Source: Anolis carolinensis (taxonomy: Eukaryota). Taken from it: DNA of 64,000 bases. This document shows positions 1-12,593 of the stretch, piece after piece. The notes below the pieces were generated by a model. It saw only the letters and a list, made by a program, of their open reading frames with translations, was not told the origin of the DNA and searched no databases. The stretch lies in the NCBI RefSeq assembly GCF_035594765.1, contig NW_026943825.1, positions 8,237,802 to 8,301,801 of the forward strand, written 5' to 3'. A program made the position numbers and the translations under genes. Numbering within the stretch: position 1 is the stretch's first letter; each line of letters starts with the position of its first letter.

Positions 1-442
1 CCGGCAGAATGTTGGATAAGTGAAAATGTTGGATAATAAGGAAGGGTTAAGGAAAAGCCTTACAAATGTCAAATTACGTTATAATTTTACAAATTAAGCA
101 CCAAAACATCATGTTTTACAACAAATTGACAGAAAAAGCAGTTCAGTACACAGTCATGTTATATAGTAATGACTGTATTTACGAATTTAGCACCAAAACA
201 TTGCAATGTATTGAAAACATTGACTACAAAAACACTGGCTACTAACAAACTGACTACAAATAAAGATAGAATTGCATAAAATGAAATTACAGTAACAATA
301 CTGTCTGAAATTAAATGTGTAAAAAGTTCGGTCCTTGCTGCCTAGAGAAACAGCTGTGGATCTAGGCAGGAGGCAGATTGCGTTGGATAATCCAGAACGT
401 TGGATAAGCGAATGTTGGATAAGTGAGACTCTACTGTATATA

Positions 443-750
443 CAGTAGAGTCTCACTTATCCAACATAAATGGATCGGCAGAACGTTGGATAAGTGAATA
501 TGTTGGATAATAAGGAGAGATTAAGAAAAAGCCTATTAAACATCAAAATAGGTTATGATTTTACAAATTAAGCACCAAAACATCATGTTATGCAACCAAT
601 TTGACAGAAAAAGTAGTTCATTACACATTAATGCTATGTAGTAATGACTGTATTTACAAATTTAGCACCAAAATATCACAATGCATTGAAAACATTGACT
701 ACAAAAATGCGTTGGATAATCCAGAATGTTGGATAAGTGAGACGCTACTG
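443..750. mobile_element. ~320-bp Tc1/mariner (pogo/Tigger-like) MITE, representative of more than 25 copies
   Basis: TIR CAGTAGAGTCTCACTTATCCAA...TTGGATAAGTGAGACTCTACTG with TA target duplication. Other copies, approximately: 1-436, 1570-1880, 1887-2209, 4255-4562, 4634-4942, 6747-6960, 7208-7521, 9177-9499, 11811-12133, 14370-14715, 16518-16825, 17411-17721, 24418-24740, 24809-25131, 26015-26336, 26424-26735, 28377-28697, 33468-33790, 36611-36933, 40054-40370, 47151-47435, 60869-61191, 63471-63793. Confidence 0.9.
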
Positions 751-2305
751 TATTATTGTATCTTTTTGCTTCCTGTTTCATCCTGAAATTATATTGGGTT
801 GTCTGTAATGAACAAAAACAGAGAACATCAGAGAATGTCATAAACAATCAATTAAAAGGGTGGCTGTGATTTTTCTAGCCACGTTCAAGAAGCATTCTCT
901 CCTGATGATTTGCCCACATCTATGGCAGGCATCCTCAGAGGTTGTGAAGTCTGCTGGAAACTTCTGAGGATGCCAGGCAGCCCGAAAAACTCACAGCAGC
1001 CCTATCAAAGGCAGCAGAGCCTAAAACAAGTGTTACGTATAATGACAAGTTATGCCAATGCAACAGAATGATAGAGAGACAGGGGCTTAAAGGCTTTCAG
1101 GCTTATATAATATTTTCCAACTGGCTTTTACAATTATTTTAATCCGTTTTAATGAATGCTTTTACATGCCTTGTTGCACATCGCTTTATGGCCTTAGCTG
1201 GGCAGGAAAGGAAATATTCTCAGTTAACCAGCCAAAGCGTGACGAGAATTGCAATCCAGCCAAAGAATGGTAGGAAATGCAATCCAGCTACAGGATGATA
1301 GGAAGTGCAGTCCAGACAAAGAGCAATGGGAATTTCAATCCAGCGAAAGAATGATGGGAACACTCATATTATGCTATACTAAATAATATATTGTATGTAC
1401 ATATAATATTGATAATAATATTATAATGTAGTACAATATAATAATGATACACTATTATAATTGTATATTTATATTACATGTAATATTACTAATAATATTG
1501 TAGTATAGTGGTATGGTACAATATAATGCTTATATTGTGCTATGCTAATAATATAATATATTGTATGTACAGTAGAGTCTCACTTATCCAACATTCACTT
1601 ATCCAGCATTCGGGATTATCCAATGCATTTTTGTAGTCAATGTTTTCAATATATCATGATATTTTGGTGTGAAATTGGTAAATACAGTAATTACTACATA
1701 GCATTACTGCATATTGAACTACTTTTTCTGCCAAATTTATTGTTTGGGTGCTTAATTTGTAAAATCATAACCTAAATTGATGTTTAATAGGCTTCTCCTT
1801 AATCTTTCCTTATTATCCAACATATTCGCTTATCCAATGTTCTGCCGGCCCGTTTATGTTGGATAAGTGAGACTCTATTGTACAGACAGTAGAATCTCAC
1901 TTATCCAAAACTCACTTATCCAACGTTCTGGATTATCCAACACATTTTTGTAGTCAATGTTTTCAATACATCGTGATATTTTGGTGCTAAATTCGTAAAT
2001 ACAGTAATTACTACGTAGCATTACTGCGTATTGAACTACCTTTTCTGCCAAATTTATTGTATAACATGATGTTTTGGTGCTTAATTTGTAAAATCATAAC
2101 CTAATTTGATGTTTAATAGGCTTCTCCTTAATCTCTCCTTATTATCCAACATAGTCGCTTATCCAATGTTCTGCCGGCCCATTTATGTTGGATAAGTGAG
2201 ACTCTCCTGTACATATAACTTGTAAGCCGCCCTGAGTCCCCGTCAGGGTGAGAAGGGCGGGATAGAAATGTCACAAATAATAATAATAATAATAATAATA
2301 ATAAT

Positions 2306-3028
2306 CCCAGGAGCAAGCCATCAGAACAAATGCAATTAAGATCAAGATCGAAAAATCAGCTGATGACCCAAAATGCAGACTGTGCAAGGAAACCGACGAA
2401 ACCATGGATCATATCCTCAGCTGCTGTAAGAAAATCGTACAGACAGACTACAAACAGAGGCACAACTATGTGGCCCAAATGATTCATTGGAACTTATGCC
2501 TCAAGTACCACCTCCCAGCAGCAAAGAACTGGTGGAATCGCAAACCTGCAAAAGTATTGGAAAATGAGCATGCAAAGATACTGTGGGACTTCCGAATCCA
2601 GACTGACAAAGTTCTGGAACACAACACACCAGACATCACAGTTGTGGAAAAGAAAAAGGGTTGGATCATTGATGTCACCATCCCAGGTGACAGTTGCATT
2701 AACGAAAAACAACAGGAAAAACTCAGCCGCTATCAGGACCTCACGATTGAACTGCAAAGACTCTGGCAGAAACCAGTGCAGGTGGTCCCGGTGGTGATGG
2801 GCACACTGGGTGCCTTGCCAAAAGATCTCAGCCGGCATTTGGAAACAATAGACATTGACAAAATTACGATCTGCCAACTGCAAAAGGCCACCCTGCTGGG
2901 ATCTGCGCGCATCATCCGAAAATACATCACACAGTCCTAGACACTTGGGAAGTGTTCGACTTGTGATTTTGTGATACGAAATCCAGCATATCTATCTTGT
3001 TTGCTGTGTCATAATAAAATAATAATAA
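2306..3028 (+). mobile_element. R4/Dong-clade non-LTR retrotransposon, 5'-truncated
   Basis: CCHC knuckle [18 protein letters not shown] and restriction-like endonuclease (PDI...IIDV...EKLSRYQDL) in ORF 2404-2940. Flanked by (TAA)n. Confidence 0.85.
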
Positions 3029-3029
3029 T

Positions 3030-3380
3030 TGCAATTGAGGCAAAAAATGATGGGAGTCACAGTCTAGTGAAAGAATGATGGGAGTCACAGTCTAGTGAAA
3101 GAATGATGGGAATCGCAGTCTAGCCAAAGAACAATGGGAAGTGTAATTCAGACAAAGAATGATGGGAAACGTAGTTTAGCCAAAAACACAATTGGAATTG
3201 CAATCCAAACAAAGAATGATGGAAATCGCAGTTTAGCCAAACAACATTGGGAATTGCAATCCAGCCAAAGACCGATAGGAATTGCAATCTAGCAAGAGAA
3301 GGATAGGAATTCCAGTCCAGCCAAAGAACAATGGTAATTGCAGTCCATCCAAAGGACAATGGGAATTGCAATCCAGACAA
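3030..3380 (+). repeat. Degenerate ~30-bp tandem repeat (GGGAATTGCAATCCAGCCAAAGAATGAT-like)
   Basis: About 11 units. The same unit recurs at ~1235-1360. Confidence 0.7.
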
Positions 3381-3499
3381 CTATGAAATTTTCCTTTGTA
3401 TCATGCTCCTGCCGTGTGCCATGCCTTCCAAGGAGAGATGGATGGGGACACGGCACACACTGTTTTACCTGCCCACGCAAAACCTTATCTCTGAAGCGC

Positions 3500-3724
3500 G
3501 TGCCCTTTCGCCCCCTGCTAACCTGTTTACGTGGAAATGGTCTCCTGTTCGCAATTACACAATAGTCCCCAAATGATAGCGGATGGGTTGGCGGATTGGG
3601 GTGGAGGGAGGCATCAGCGCCAATCAGGACAGGTGAGACTAACTGGACTCTCAGCGGGATATATAAAGGCCTGACATTGCCGACAGAAACACATTTCGAC
3701 ACTGAATGTTAATCGATTCCTCAG
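3500..3724 (+). promoter_or_regulatory. APOA2 proximal promoter and non-coding exon 1
   Basis: TATA box (TATATAAA ~3660-3667), CCAAT ~3620 and FOXA-like TGTTTAC ~3524. Donor CAG|GTAAGA at 3724/3725. This matches the 4-exon apolipoprotein layout with an untranslated first exon. Confidence 0.6.
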
Positions 3725-3852
3725 GTAAGAACGGGAGACGGGAATAGGTTTGTTCCTCCAATAGAACCCTTGCGGTGTTACGTTTATAGGCGCGAGACAG
3801 ACAGAAATACAACTGGGACAGCTTCCCCATTACTGAATTATAAAGTGGCTGG

Positions 3853-3888
<36 letters not shown>

Positions 3889-5179
3889 GTAATAATAATA
3901 ATAATCACACAGTCCTAGACACTTGGGAAGTGTTTGACTTGTGATTTTGTGATACGAAATCCAGCATATCTATCTTGTTTGCTGTGTCATAATAAAATAA
4001 TAATAATAATAAATTTATTTTTGTATGCCGCCTCCATCTCCCCAACAGGAGACTCGGGGCGGCTCACACGGGGAACAAGCCCAGTATAATCACATAAAAT
4101 CATAAAACAACAATTTAGACATCAGACAACACAATTGAAAAAAGTCATAGTTAAAATCGACATAGTTAAAATGTTAATAATCTAGGCATTATAGGATAAC
4201 ATCTGGGCGAAAATCAAAACTGATTTAGGGAGTGTCTATTGCAAATAGGACATACAGTAGAGTCCCACTTATCCAAGCTAAACGGGCCAGCAGAAGCTTG
4301 GATAAGCGAATATCTTGGATAATAAGGAGGGATTAAGGAAAAGCCTATTAAACATCAAATTAGGTTATGATTTTACAAATTACGCACCAAAACATCATGT
4401 TATACAACAAACTGCATAGAAAAAGTAGTTCAATACGCAGTAATGTTATGTTGTAATTACTGTATTTACGAATTTAGCACCAAAATATCATGATATATTG
4501 AAAACATTGACTACAAAAATGCGTTGGATAATCCAGAACGTTGGATAAGTGAGACTCTACTGTAAAATCATAAAACAACAATTTTAGACATCAGACAACA
4601 CAATTTTAAAAAGTCATAGTTAAAATCGACATACAGTAGAGTCTCACTTATCCAACATAAACGGGCCAGCAGAACGTTGGATAAGCGAATATGTTGGATA
4701 ATAAGGAGAGATTAAGAAAAAAACCTATTAAACATCAAAATAGATTATGATTTTACAAATTAAGCACCAAAACATCGTGTTATACAACAAATTTGACAGA
4801 AAAAGTAGTTCATTACACATTAGTGCTATGTAGTAATTACTGTATTTACGAATTTAGCACCAAAATATCACAATGCATTGAAAACATTGACTACAAAAAT
4901 GCGTTGGATAATCCAGAATGTTGGATAAGTGAGACTCTACAGTAGATACAACAGGTAGGGAAGATAAATCTGAACGGGAAACAAACTAAAAAGTAAGCAG
5001 GGCAAGTTTCAGTGTAGATATGGACCATATGGATATATCATTTATATATTCATCCCACTTTTTCGCTCCCAAAGGAGACTCCAAATTGAGAAAGGTGTGC
5101 AATTCTGCCTTCATTGACAACCTCTTTTTCTATCATTTTTTTTCTCCAGAAAGTACAAAAACCCTCGGACTGTAGCAAA

Positions 5180-8018
5180 ATGAAGGTGTTGGTTCTAGCC
5201 CTCCTGCTGGTCAGCGTTTGCTGCCTTGAAGGTAATGTTGACCATTCTCCATCAATTTTAAACATATATTTAAAAGTCAGACTGTAGTTTGGCACATGTT
5301 GGAAACGGCATTATATGATCATGGTAGATTCCTGTAGTGTTGCTTAATGGCACTGAACTGTAGCGATACAACAACTCTTCCTAAGCTTTCGGTGGGTCTC
5401 CTCTCTTTGCAGGCGCTTTCGTGAAACGCGAAGCGGAAGGGGAATCTCAGGCGCCGGCTCAAGAAGTGTCACATTATCTGGAGACCTTATCCCAGTTCTT
5501 TCCCCATGAAGTGTTCAGCGAGGAGAAAATTGGGCAGTTCAAGACCCAGGCCCAGTAAGTGATTTTTGCCCAATGGGACGGGTATGTCGAAGAAGGGTTA
5601 GAGCCATTGCTATCCAGATATACTAGAAAGCATCCAGACGTTGGTCACTTCACATGGTCTTTTTTACTCACCTAAGCTGCATTTTTGGGGAGGGAAGGGA
5701 CATTCTTGTTGGTAGGACAATGGTCTCATTCTTCCCTTCTGGAGCCGGGTTACATTGCCATACAATGCAGTTAAACTCCATCCTGAAACTGTATTATATG
5801 CCAGTGTAGATGAGCCTGAACAATGAGCATTAATCACCGCTGACCACAAAGAATAACAAAATGGGGAGTATATGCGCACATAGAACACACACATATAAAA
5901 ATGAATGATAATATTATACATGTAATATTGATAATAATATTATAATGTAATACGGTATAATAATAATACACTATTACAATTGTATATTTATATTACATGC
6001 AATATTACTAATAATATTGCAGTATAGTGGTATAGTACAATATCTATATATATAAAAGGATAAAAAAAAATTCAGCCTAGGACAAAACAACAAAACTACA
6101 CATCCCAGAAACACTAAACTTGGCAACACAACCCCTCATCCATGCTTCTACGTTCATGCAACAAAAAGAAAAGAAAAATAAAGTCCTAATTAGAGGGAGA
6201 GGAATAATTATCCAATTGCTGCCAGTTAGAAGGCTAAGTTCTGCCCACTTGGTCTCCTAGCAACCTACTCAGTCCAGGGGACAGGCACAGTTAGGCCTCA
6301 GGCCTCTTCCACACTGCCTATAAGATACAGATAATCTGATTTGAACTGGATTATATGGCAGTGTAGACTCAAGGCCCTTCCACACAGCTATATTACCCAT
6401 TTATAATCTTGTATTATCTGCTTTGACCTGGATTATCTTGAGTCCACACTGCCAGATAATTCACTTCAGTGTGCATTTTATACAGCTGTGTAGAAGGGGC
6501 CTCATATAATCCAGTTCTAAGCATCATGTTATAAAAGTAGTTCAATATGCAGTAATGTTATGTTGTAATTACTGTATTTACAACTTTAGCACCAAATTTC
6601 ACGATATATTGAAAACATTGACTACAAAAATGGCTTGGATAATCCAGAACCTTGGATAAGTGAGTCTTGGATAAGTGAGACTCTACTGTAATAATATTAT
6701 AATGTAATACAGTATAATAACAACAATACACTATTATAATTGTATACAGTAGAGTCTCACTTATCCAAGACTCGCTTATCCAAGGTTCTGAACTACTTTT
6801 TCTGTCAAATTTGTTGTATGATGTTTTGGTGCTTAATTTGTAAAATCATAACCTAATTTGATGTTTAATAGGCTTTTCCTTAATCCCTCCTTATTATCCA
6901 AGATATTACTTATCCAAGGTTCTGCCGGCCTGTTTAGCTGGGATAAGTGAGACTCTACTGTATTTATATTACATGCAATATTACTAATATTGCAGTATGG
7001 TGGCATAGTACAATATAGTAATATATAATACCAATATTGTGCTATGCTAGTAATATAATATATTGTACAATATGTACATATTATTTGTAAGCTGCTCTGA
7101 GTCCCCTTCAGGGTGAGAAGGGTGGGATATAAAGGTCGTAAATAAATAAATAAATAAACAAACATGTATGTATGTAATATGTATGTATGTATATACACAC
7201 ACATATACAGTAGAGTCTCACTTATCCAAGCCTCACTTATCCAAGCTTCTGGATTATTTTTGTAGTCAATATTTGCAATATATTGTGCTATTTTGGTGCT
7301 AAATTCGTAAATACACTAATTACAACATAACACTACTGCGTATTGAACTACTTTTTCTGTCAAATTTGTTGTATAACATGATGTTTTGGTGCTTAATTTG
7401 TAAAATCATAACCTAATTTGATGTTTAATAGGCTTTTCCTTAATCCCTCCTTATTATCCAAGATATTCGCTTATCCAAGCTTCTGCTGGCCCGTTTAGCT
7501 TGGATAAGTGAGACTCTACTGTATTTATATTACATGCAATATTACTAATATTGCAGTATAGTGATATTTATATATAGTAATATATAATACCAGTATTGTG
7601 AGATGCTAATAATATATTGTCCAGTATGTACATATTACTTGGAAGCTGCTCTGAGTCCCCTTCGGGGTGAGAAAGGTGGGATATAAAGGTCGTAAATAAA
7701 TAAATAAATAAACATGTATGTATGTATACAAACACACATATACACACATTTGAAAGCAGTGCCTTGAAGATTTCTCCTCCTGGTCTTGAGGACTAGAGAC
7801 TTAGAAAAAAAATACCCTTCACATATGGCAGGCCAACAATGGGGATGGGGCTTGTTGTTGTTATTGTTGTTGTTATTGTTATTTCCTGCCATTGCAGGTC
7901 GCTGGCTCAGCAGGCCCAAGAAAGCCTGAAGCCTTTGGCCGACCAAATGCGGGAGAGCTTTAGCCAGTTCTTTGCCGCGCTCGGAGACTCCGTCAAGAAA
8001 GCGACGTCGTCGTCATAA
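5180..8018 (+). CDS. APOA2: Apolipoprotein A-II precursor (104 aa), 3 coding exons
   Basis: Exons 5180-5231, 5413-5554 and 7898-8018, all with GT-AG introns (phase 1, then phase 2). Translation: MKVLVLALLLVSVCCLEG-AFVKR-EAEGESQAPAQEVSHYLETLSQFFPHEVFSEEKIGQFKTQAQSLAQQAQESLKPLADQMRESFSQFFAALGDSVKKATSSS*. The signal peptide plus 5-aa propeptide parallels human ICSLEG-ALVRR. AATAAA at 8076-8081. APOA2 also lies in the human UFC1/USP21/PPOX neighbourhood. Confidence 0.85.
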
Positions 8019-8248
8019 CAAACCATTAGGACCTTCCCGTCGAGAATGGCTGAGATGCAGATTGTGCCTGGTTGCAATAAAAAGCAGATTTTTTCCCTCC
8101 ACGCTCTCTTGTGTGGCATTTTAATTGGGGAACAAGAGGATGTGGGTTTGGGGCTCCATCATGTCCAACGTTCCCAGCCTTGGATCAAGAGGGCTTCTCT
8201 TCAGGACTGCTTTCTGGCCTCCATCTTTGAGAAGGCCTTGCTTAGAGT

Positions 8249-8580
8249 GTCTCCATGGTAACACTCTGGAGAGACTCTTAAGGTGTCTCCATGGCAACAC
8301 TCTGGTCCTTTGACTTAGGGTGTCTCCATGGCAATGTTCTAGCCCTCTGAGAGAGACCCTTAAGCTGTCTCCATGGCAACGCTCTGGCCCTCTGAGAGGG
8401 GCTCTTAAGCTGTCTCCATGGTAACGCTCTGGCCCTCTGAGAGAGACCCTTAAACTGTCTCCATGGCAACACTCTGGCCCTCTGAGAGGGGCTCTTAAGC
8501 TGTCTCCATGGCAACGCTCTGGCCCTCTGAGAGAGACCCTTAAGCTGTCTCCATGGTAACGCTCTGGCCCTCTGAGAGGC
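8249..8580 (+). repeat. 45-bp minisatellite with alternating variants, each unit containing GTCTCCATGG(C/T)AAC
   Basis: Motif copies at 8249, 8285, 8322, 8367, 8412, 8457, 8502 and 8547. Confidence 0.9.
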
Positions 8581-10305
8581 CCTACACAACTTCTAAACAG
8601 GGTTGTTGTATGTTTTCCGGGCTCTATGGCCATGTTCTAGAAGTATTCTCTCCTGACGTTTCGCCCACATCTATGGCAGGCACCCTCAGAGGTTGTGAGG
8701 TATGGAGAAACTCAGCAAGGAAGGTTTATATATATCTGTGGAAAGTCCAGGGTGAGACTCTTTGTCAGTTGGAGGCCAGTGTGAATGTTGTAGTTAATCA
8801 CCTTGATTAGCATTGAATAGCTTCATCTCCTGGCATGAAAATGAACAAAATCTGGCTACCAGTATTAAAAAAACTCAAAAATCAGAACAATAAATAACAA
8901 GCAACACTCTGAAAACAGAGGAATTCCAGACATGAGAACCAAGGGCAGTTAACGACTCTGCCAACCTAGCAGTTCGAAAACATGCCAATGTGAGTAGATC
9001 AATAGGTACCACTCTTGCGGGAAGGTAAAGGCTCTCCATACAGTCATGCTAGTGGCCACATGACCTTGGAGGTGTCTACGGACAACGCCAGCTCTTCGGC
9101 TTAGAAATGGAGATGAGCACCAACCCCTAGAGTCGGACACGACTGGACTTAACGTCAGGAGAAACCTTTACCTTTACAGTAGAGTCTCACTTATCCAACA
9201 TAAACGGGCCGGCAGAATGTTGGATAAGCGAATATGTTGGATAATAAGGACGCATTAAGGAAAAGCCTATTAAACATCAAATTAGGTTATGATTTTACAA
9301 ATGAAGCACCAAAACATCATGTTAGACAACAAATTTGGCAGAAAAAGTAGTTCAATACGCAGTAATACTATGTAGTAATTACTGTATTTATGAATTTTGC
9401 ACCAAAATATCACGATATATTGAAAACATTGACTACAAAAATGCGTTGGATAATCCAGAACGTTGGATAAGCGAGTGTTGGATAAGTGAGACTCTACTGT
9501 ACCTTATACATTCAACATTCACAAAAATAATAATGCCCTGGTCAATGTTATAATACGCAGATGTATCTTACTAAATATTATCAATCAAACATAATTATAT
9601 AAGAAACTGCAAACCTAGAGGCTTAAATACGGACTAGAGTCAAACACATACTGTGTTTATAACATATGTTTTGAACCATCATTGTGTTTTGTATATCTCT
9701 ACATTGTTTAGAATAGACATCTGTGTTTATCTCTTAGTACACCCTAAGGGAGCCCTAAACAACTTCGAATAGGACCCAAAGGAACAAAATGGGACCTGGG
9801 ACACCCTAAGAGGCCCTGAACAACTTCTACCCAGGTCCTTGGGTGGTGGGCAGGATGGTGTTTGTGGAGGACATTGGCAGGGCTCTTGGACATGTTTACA
9901 GCGCTCGCTAGAACCTGCATTGACATTGGAGGGAGGGCCATTGGTGTCTCCTGAGCAGTGGGAGCTCTAGTAAGAAACATTGGGATGCCTGTGGTGGAGG
10001 AAATACATAAAATCTAGAATGGATTTGTCCCCGTCTGAATGCCTTCCCTTGGGTGGTGAGCAGTATGGTGTCTGTGGAGGACATTAGCAGGGCTCTGGGA
10101 CATGTTCACGGTGCTCGCTATAACTGGGATATCTGTGGTGGACACCCCAGCCACACACATACATTTATTTATTTATTTACTACATTTATATCCTGCTCTT
10201 CTCACCCTGAAGGGGACTCAGAGCGGCTTACAAATCAAATGAAAATACAATATATTATTAGCATAGCACTATATAAGCAATAAATTACTATATTGTACTA
10301 TATCA

Positions 10306-10631
10306 GGAGCCTCCGGTGGCTCAGTGTGTTAAAGCGCTGAGCTGCTGAACTTGCAGACCAAAAGGTCCCAGGTTCAAATCCGAAGGAGCGGAATGAGCGC
10401 CCACTGTTAGCCCCAGCTCCTGCCAACCTAGCAGTTCGAAAACATGCAAATGTGAGTAGATCAATAGGTACCGCTCCGGCGGGAAGGTAACGGCGCTCCA
10501 TGCAGTCATGCCGGTCACATGACCTGGAGATGTCTACGGACAACGCCGGCTCTTCGGCTTAGAAATGGAGATGAGCACCAACCCCCAAAGTCAGACACGA
10601 CTGGACTTAATGTCAGGGGAAACCTTTACCT
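10306..10631 (+). mobile_element. Full-length Sauria-type tRNA-derived SINE
   Basis: Pol III box A (GGTGGCTCAGTG) and box B (GGTTCAAATCC), a tail ending in ACCTTTACC, and a 10-bp TSD TACTATATCA (10296-10305 and 10632-10641). Partial copies at ~8957-9176, 16052-16293 (-) and 62415-62710. Confidence 0.85.
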
Positions 10632-11259
10632 TACTATATCATTACATGGTAATATTTGTAATATTATATTTAATATATGATATATAATTAATATTATTAT
10701 ATTGTATTATTAGTAGTATAATATTGTATTCCATTATAATGTTATTATCAATATTATATGTACATACAATATATTATATATTTATAAATTATTTATTTAT
10801 AATTATTTACATATTTTCACTTTCATTATGTGTATAGATTTATCAAGGCCAGCTCTGGGAAAATAAGGCCATATCCTTACCTGTAAATATCCTCCTTTTT
10901 CCTGTTTTCCTCCCTTCTTTCTTTCTTTACTTCCATTCTCTATCTTCCTACTTCCAGACCTTCCTCCCAATCTTCTTTCTTTTCTTTCTTTGTTATGTAG
11001 TTTCCCACTCCAGCCTCATGGTGGCGGCAAAGGAGAAGATCAAGAAGATCAATTCTCCATGTGTCCACTGGGGGCGGCAAAGAGAGCTCATTGGGTACCT
11101 GGCATAGAGTTGGGCCATCCAGGCTCTTAAGCGACTGAGGGAAAAGAAGGGGCCTGAGGCTGTTAGGAATGATGGGAGTTGGAGTCCAAAACACCCGGAG
11201 GGAAGGCCCAAGTCGGCCCAGGCCTGATACACACAGGATAGGCTCCTCTGAAACCCACC

Positions 11260-11390
11260 ACAGCCACACACTTCCGCCGGAAATAAACACGTCGCTCTGC
11301 CCTGGACAAAAATGGCCACCGTTTGCCGTTCTAGAGAAAGGGGTGAAGCCACTTCCGGTGACGTTTGCTTCCTTTTCTCCCTCAACCAAG
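11260..11390 (+). promoter_or_regulatory. UFC1 CpG-rich housekeeping promoter
   Basis: ETS/GABP-type ACTTCCG motifs (~11270, ~11351), YY1-type AAAATGGC (~11309) and a CRE half-site TGACG, immediately upstream of the ATG. Confidence 0.55.
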
Positions 11391-12559
11391 ATGGCCGACG
11401 AGGCAACTCGCCGGCTGGTGGCGGAGCTGCCGCTTCTGAAAACGAACGCGGGTCCGCGGGACCAGGAGCTGTGGGTGAAGCGGCTCAAGGAGGAATACCA
11501 GGCGCTCATTAAGGTACGCGCAGGGACGGGGTTCTCCTCAGGAACGGGGTTCCGACGCTGAGGTGGCGCAGGGCCTTCCAGGCCTGCTCACCTACGGTGG
11601 CTTTCGAGGCTCAGTTTGAGACAAGTATTCCTTGAGCCAAGAGAGGAGAGAAGAAGGTTGAATGACAGGCACGAACTCACTGTAACTAATAGGAGCATAG
11701 AGCTGTAAGAGACCCCAAGGGCCATCTAGTCCAACCCTCTTATGCCAGGTAAGAAGACACCATCCAAGCCCTCCCGACAGATGGCCATCTGGCATTGTAT
11801 ATTTATATTACAGTAGAGTCTCACTAATCCAAGTCTCGCATATCCAAGGTTCTGGATTATCCAAACCATTTTTGTAGTCAATATTTTCAATATATCGTGA
11901 TATTTTGTTGCTAAATTCGTAAATACAGTAATTACAACATAACATTACTACGTATTGAACTACTTTTTCTGTCAAATTTGTTGTCTAACATGATGTTTTG
12001 GTGCTTAATTTGTAAAATTATAACCTAATTTGATGTTTAATAGGCTTTTCCGTAATCCCTCCTTATTATCCAAGATATTCACTTATCCAAGCTTCTGCTG
12101 GCCCGTTTAGCTTGGATAAGTGAGACTCTACTGTACTGTATTCATTGAGCCAAGAGAGGAGAGACGAAGGTTGAATGACAGGCACGAAGTCACTGTAACT
12201 AATAAGAATAGGAACATAGAGATGGAAGAGACCCCAAGGGCCATCCAGTCCAACCCTCTTCTGCCAGGTAGGAAGACACCATCCAAGCCCTCCCGACAGA
12301 TGGCCATCTAGCATTGTATATTTATATTACATGAAATATTACTAATAATATTTATTTATTTATTTATTTGCGACATTTATATACCGCCCTTCTCACCCCG
12401 AAGGGGACTCAGGGCGGTTTACAAGTATATATACATACAATATATTATATTGCAATATAGTCATATAATATAATATATCTTATGTATATATACTTGTAAA
12501 CCGCCCTGAGTCCCCTTCGGGGTGAGAATGTCACTAATAATAATAATAATAATAATAAT

Positions 12560-12593
<34 letters not shown>

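Noticed and set aside
601-786. Recurrent short ORFs of the MTEKVVQY...ISETLLY type (also 9335, 16419, 33626, 36769, 61027, 63629)
   Set aside because: They are incidental frames in the non-coding MITE, with non-ATG starts and no transposase motifs.
3651-3908. Poly-Ile/Asn/Tyr/Leu ORFs here and throughout the window
   Set aside because: They are translations of (ATT)n/(AAT)n microsatellites.
8121-8633. 170-aa repetitive ORF on the minus strand
   Set aside because: It is a translation of the 45-bp minisatellite with no gene structure.
10306-10385. tRNA-like A/B boxes
   Set aside because: This is the head of a SINE with a TSD and LINE-like tail, not a tRNA gene.
10940-11509. 189-aa antisense ORF overlapping UFC1 exon 1 as a possible head-to-head gene such as DEDD
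   Set aside because: No recognisable similarity. It spans the promoter and a hAT MITE fragment.
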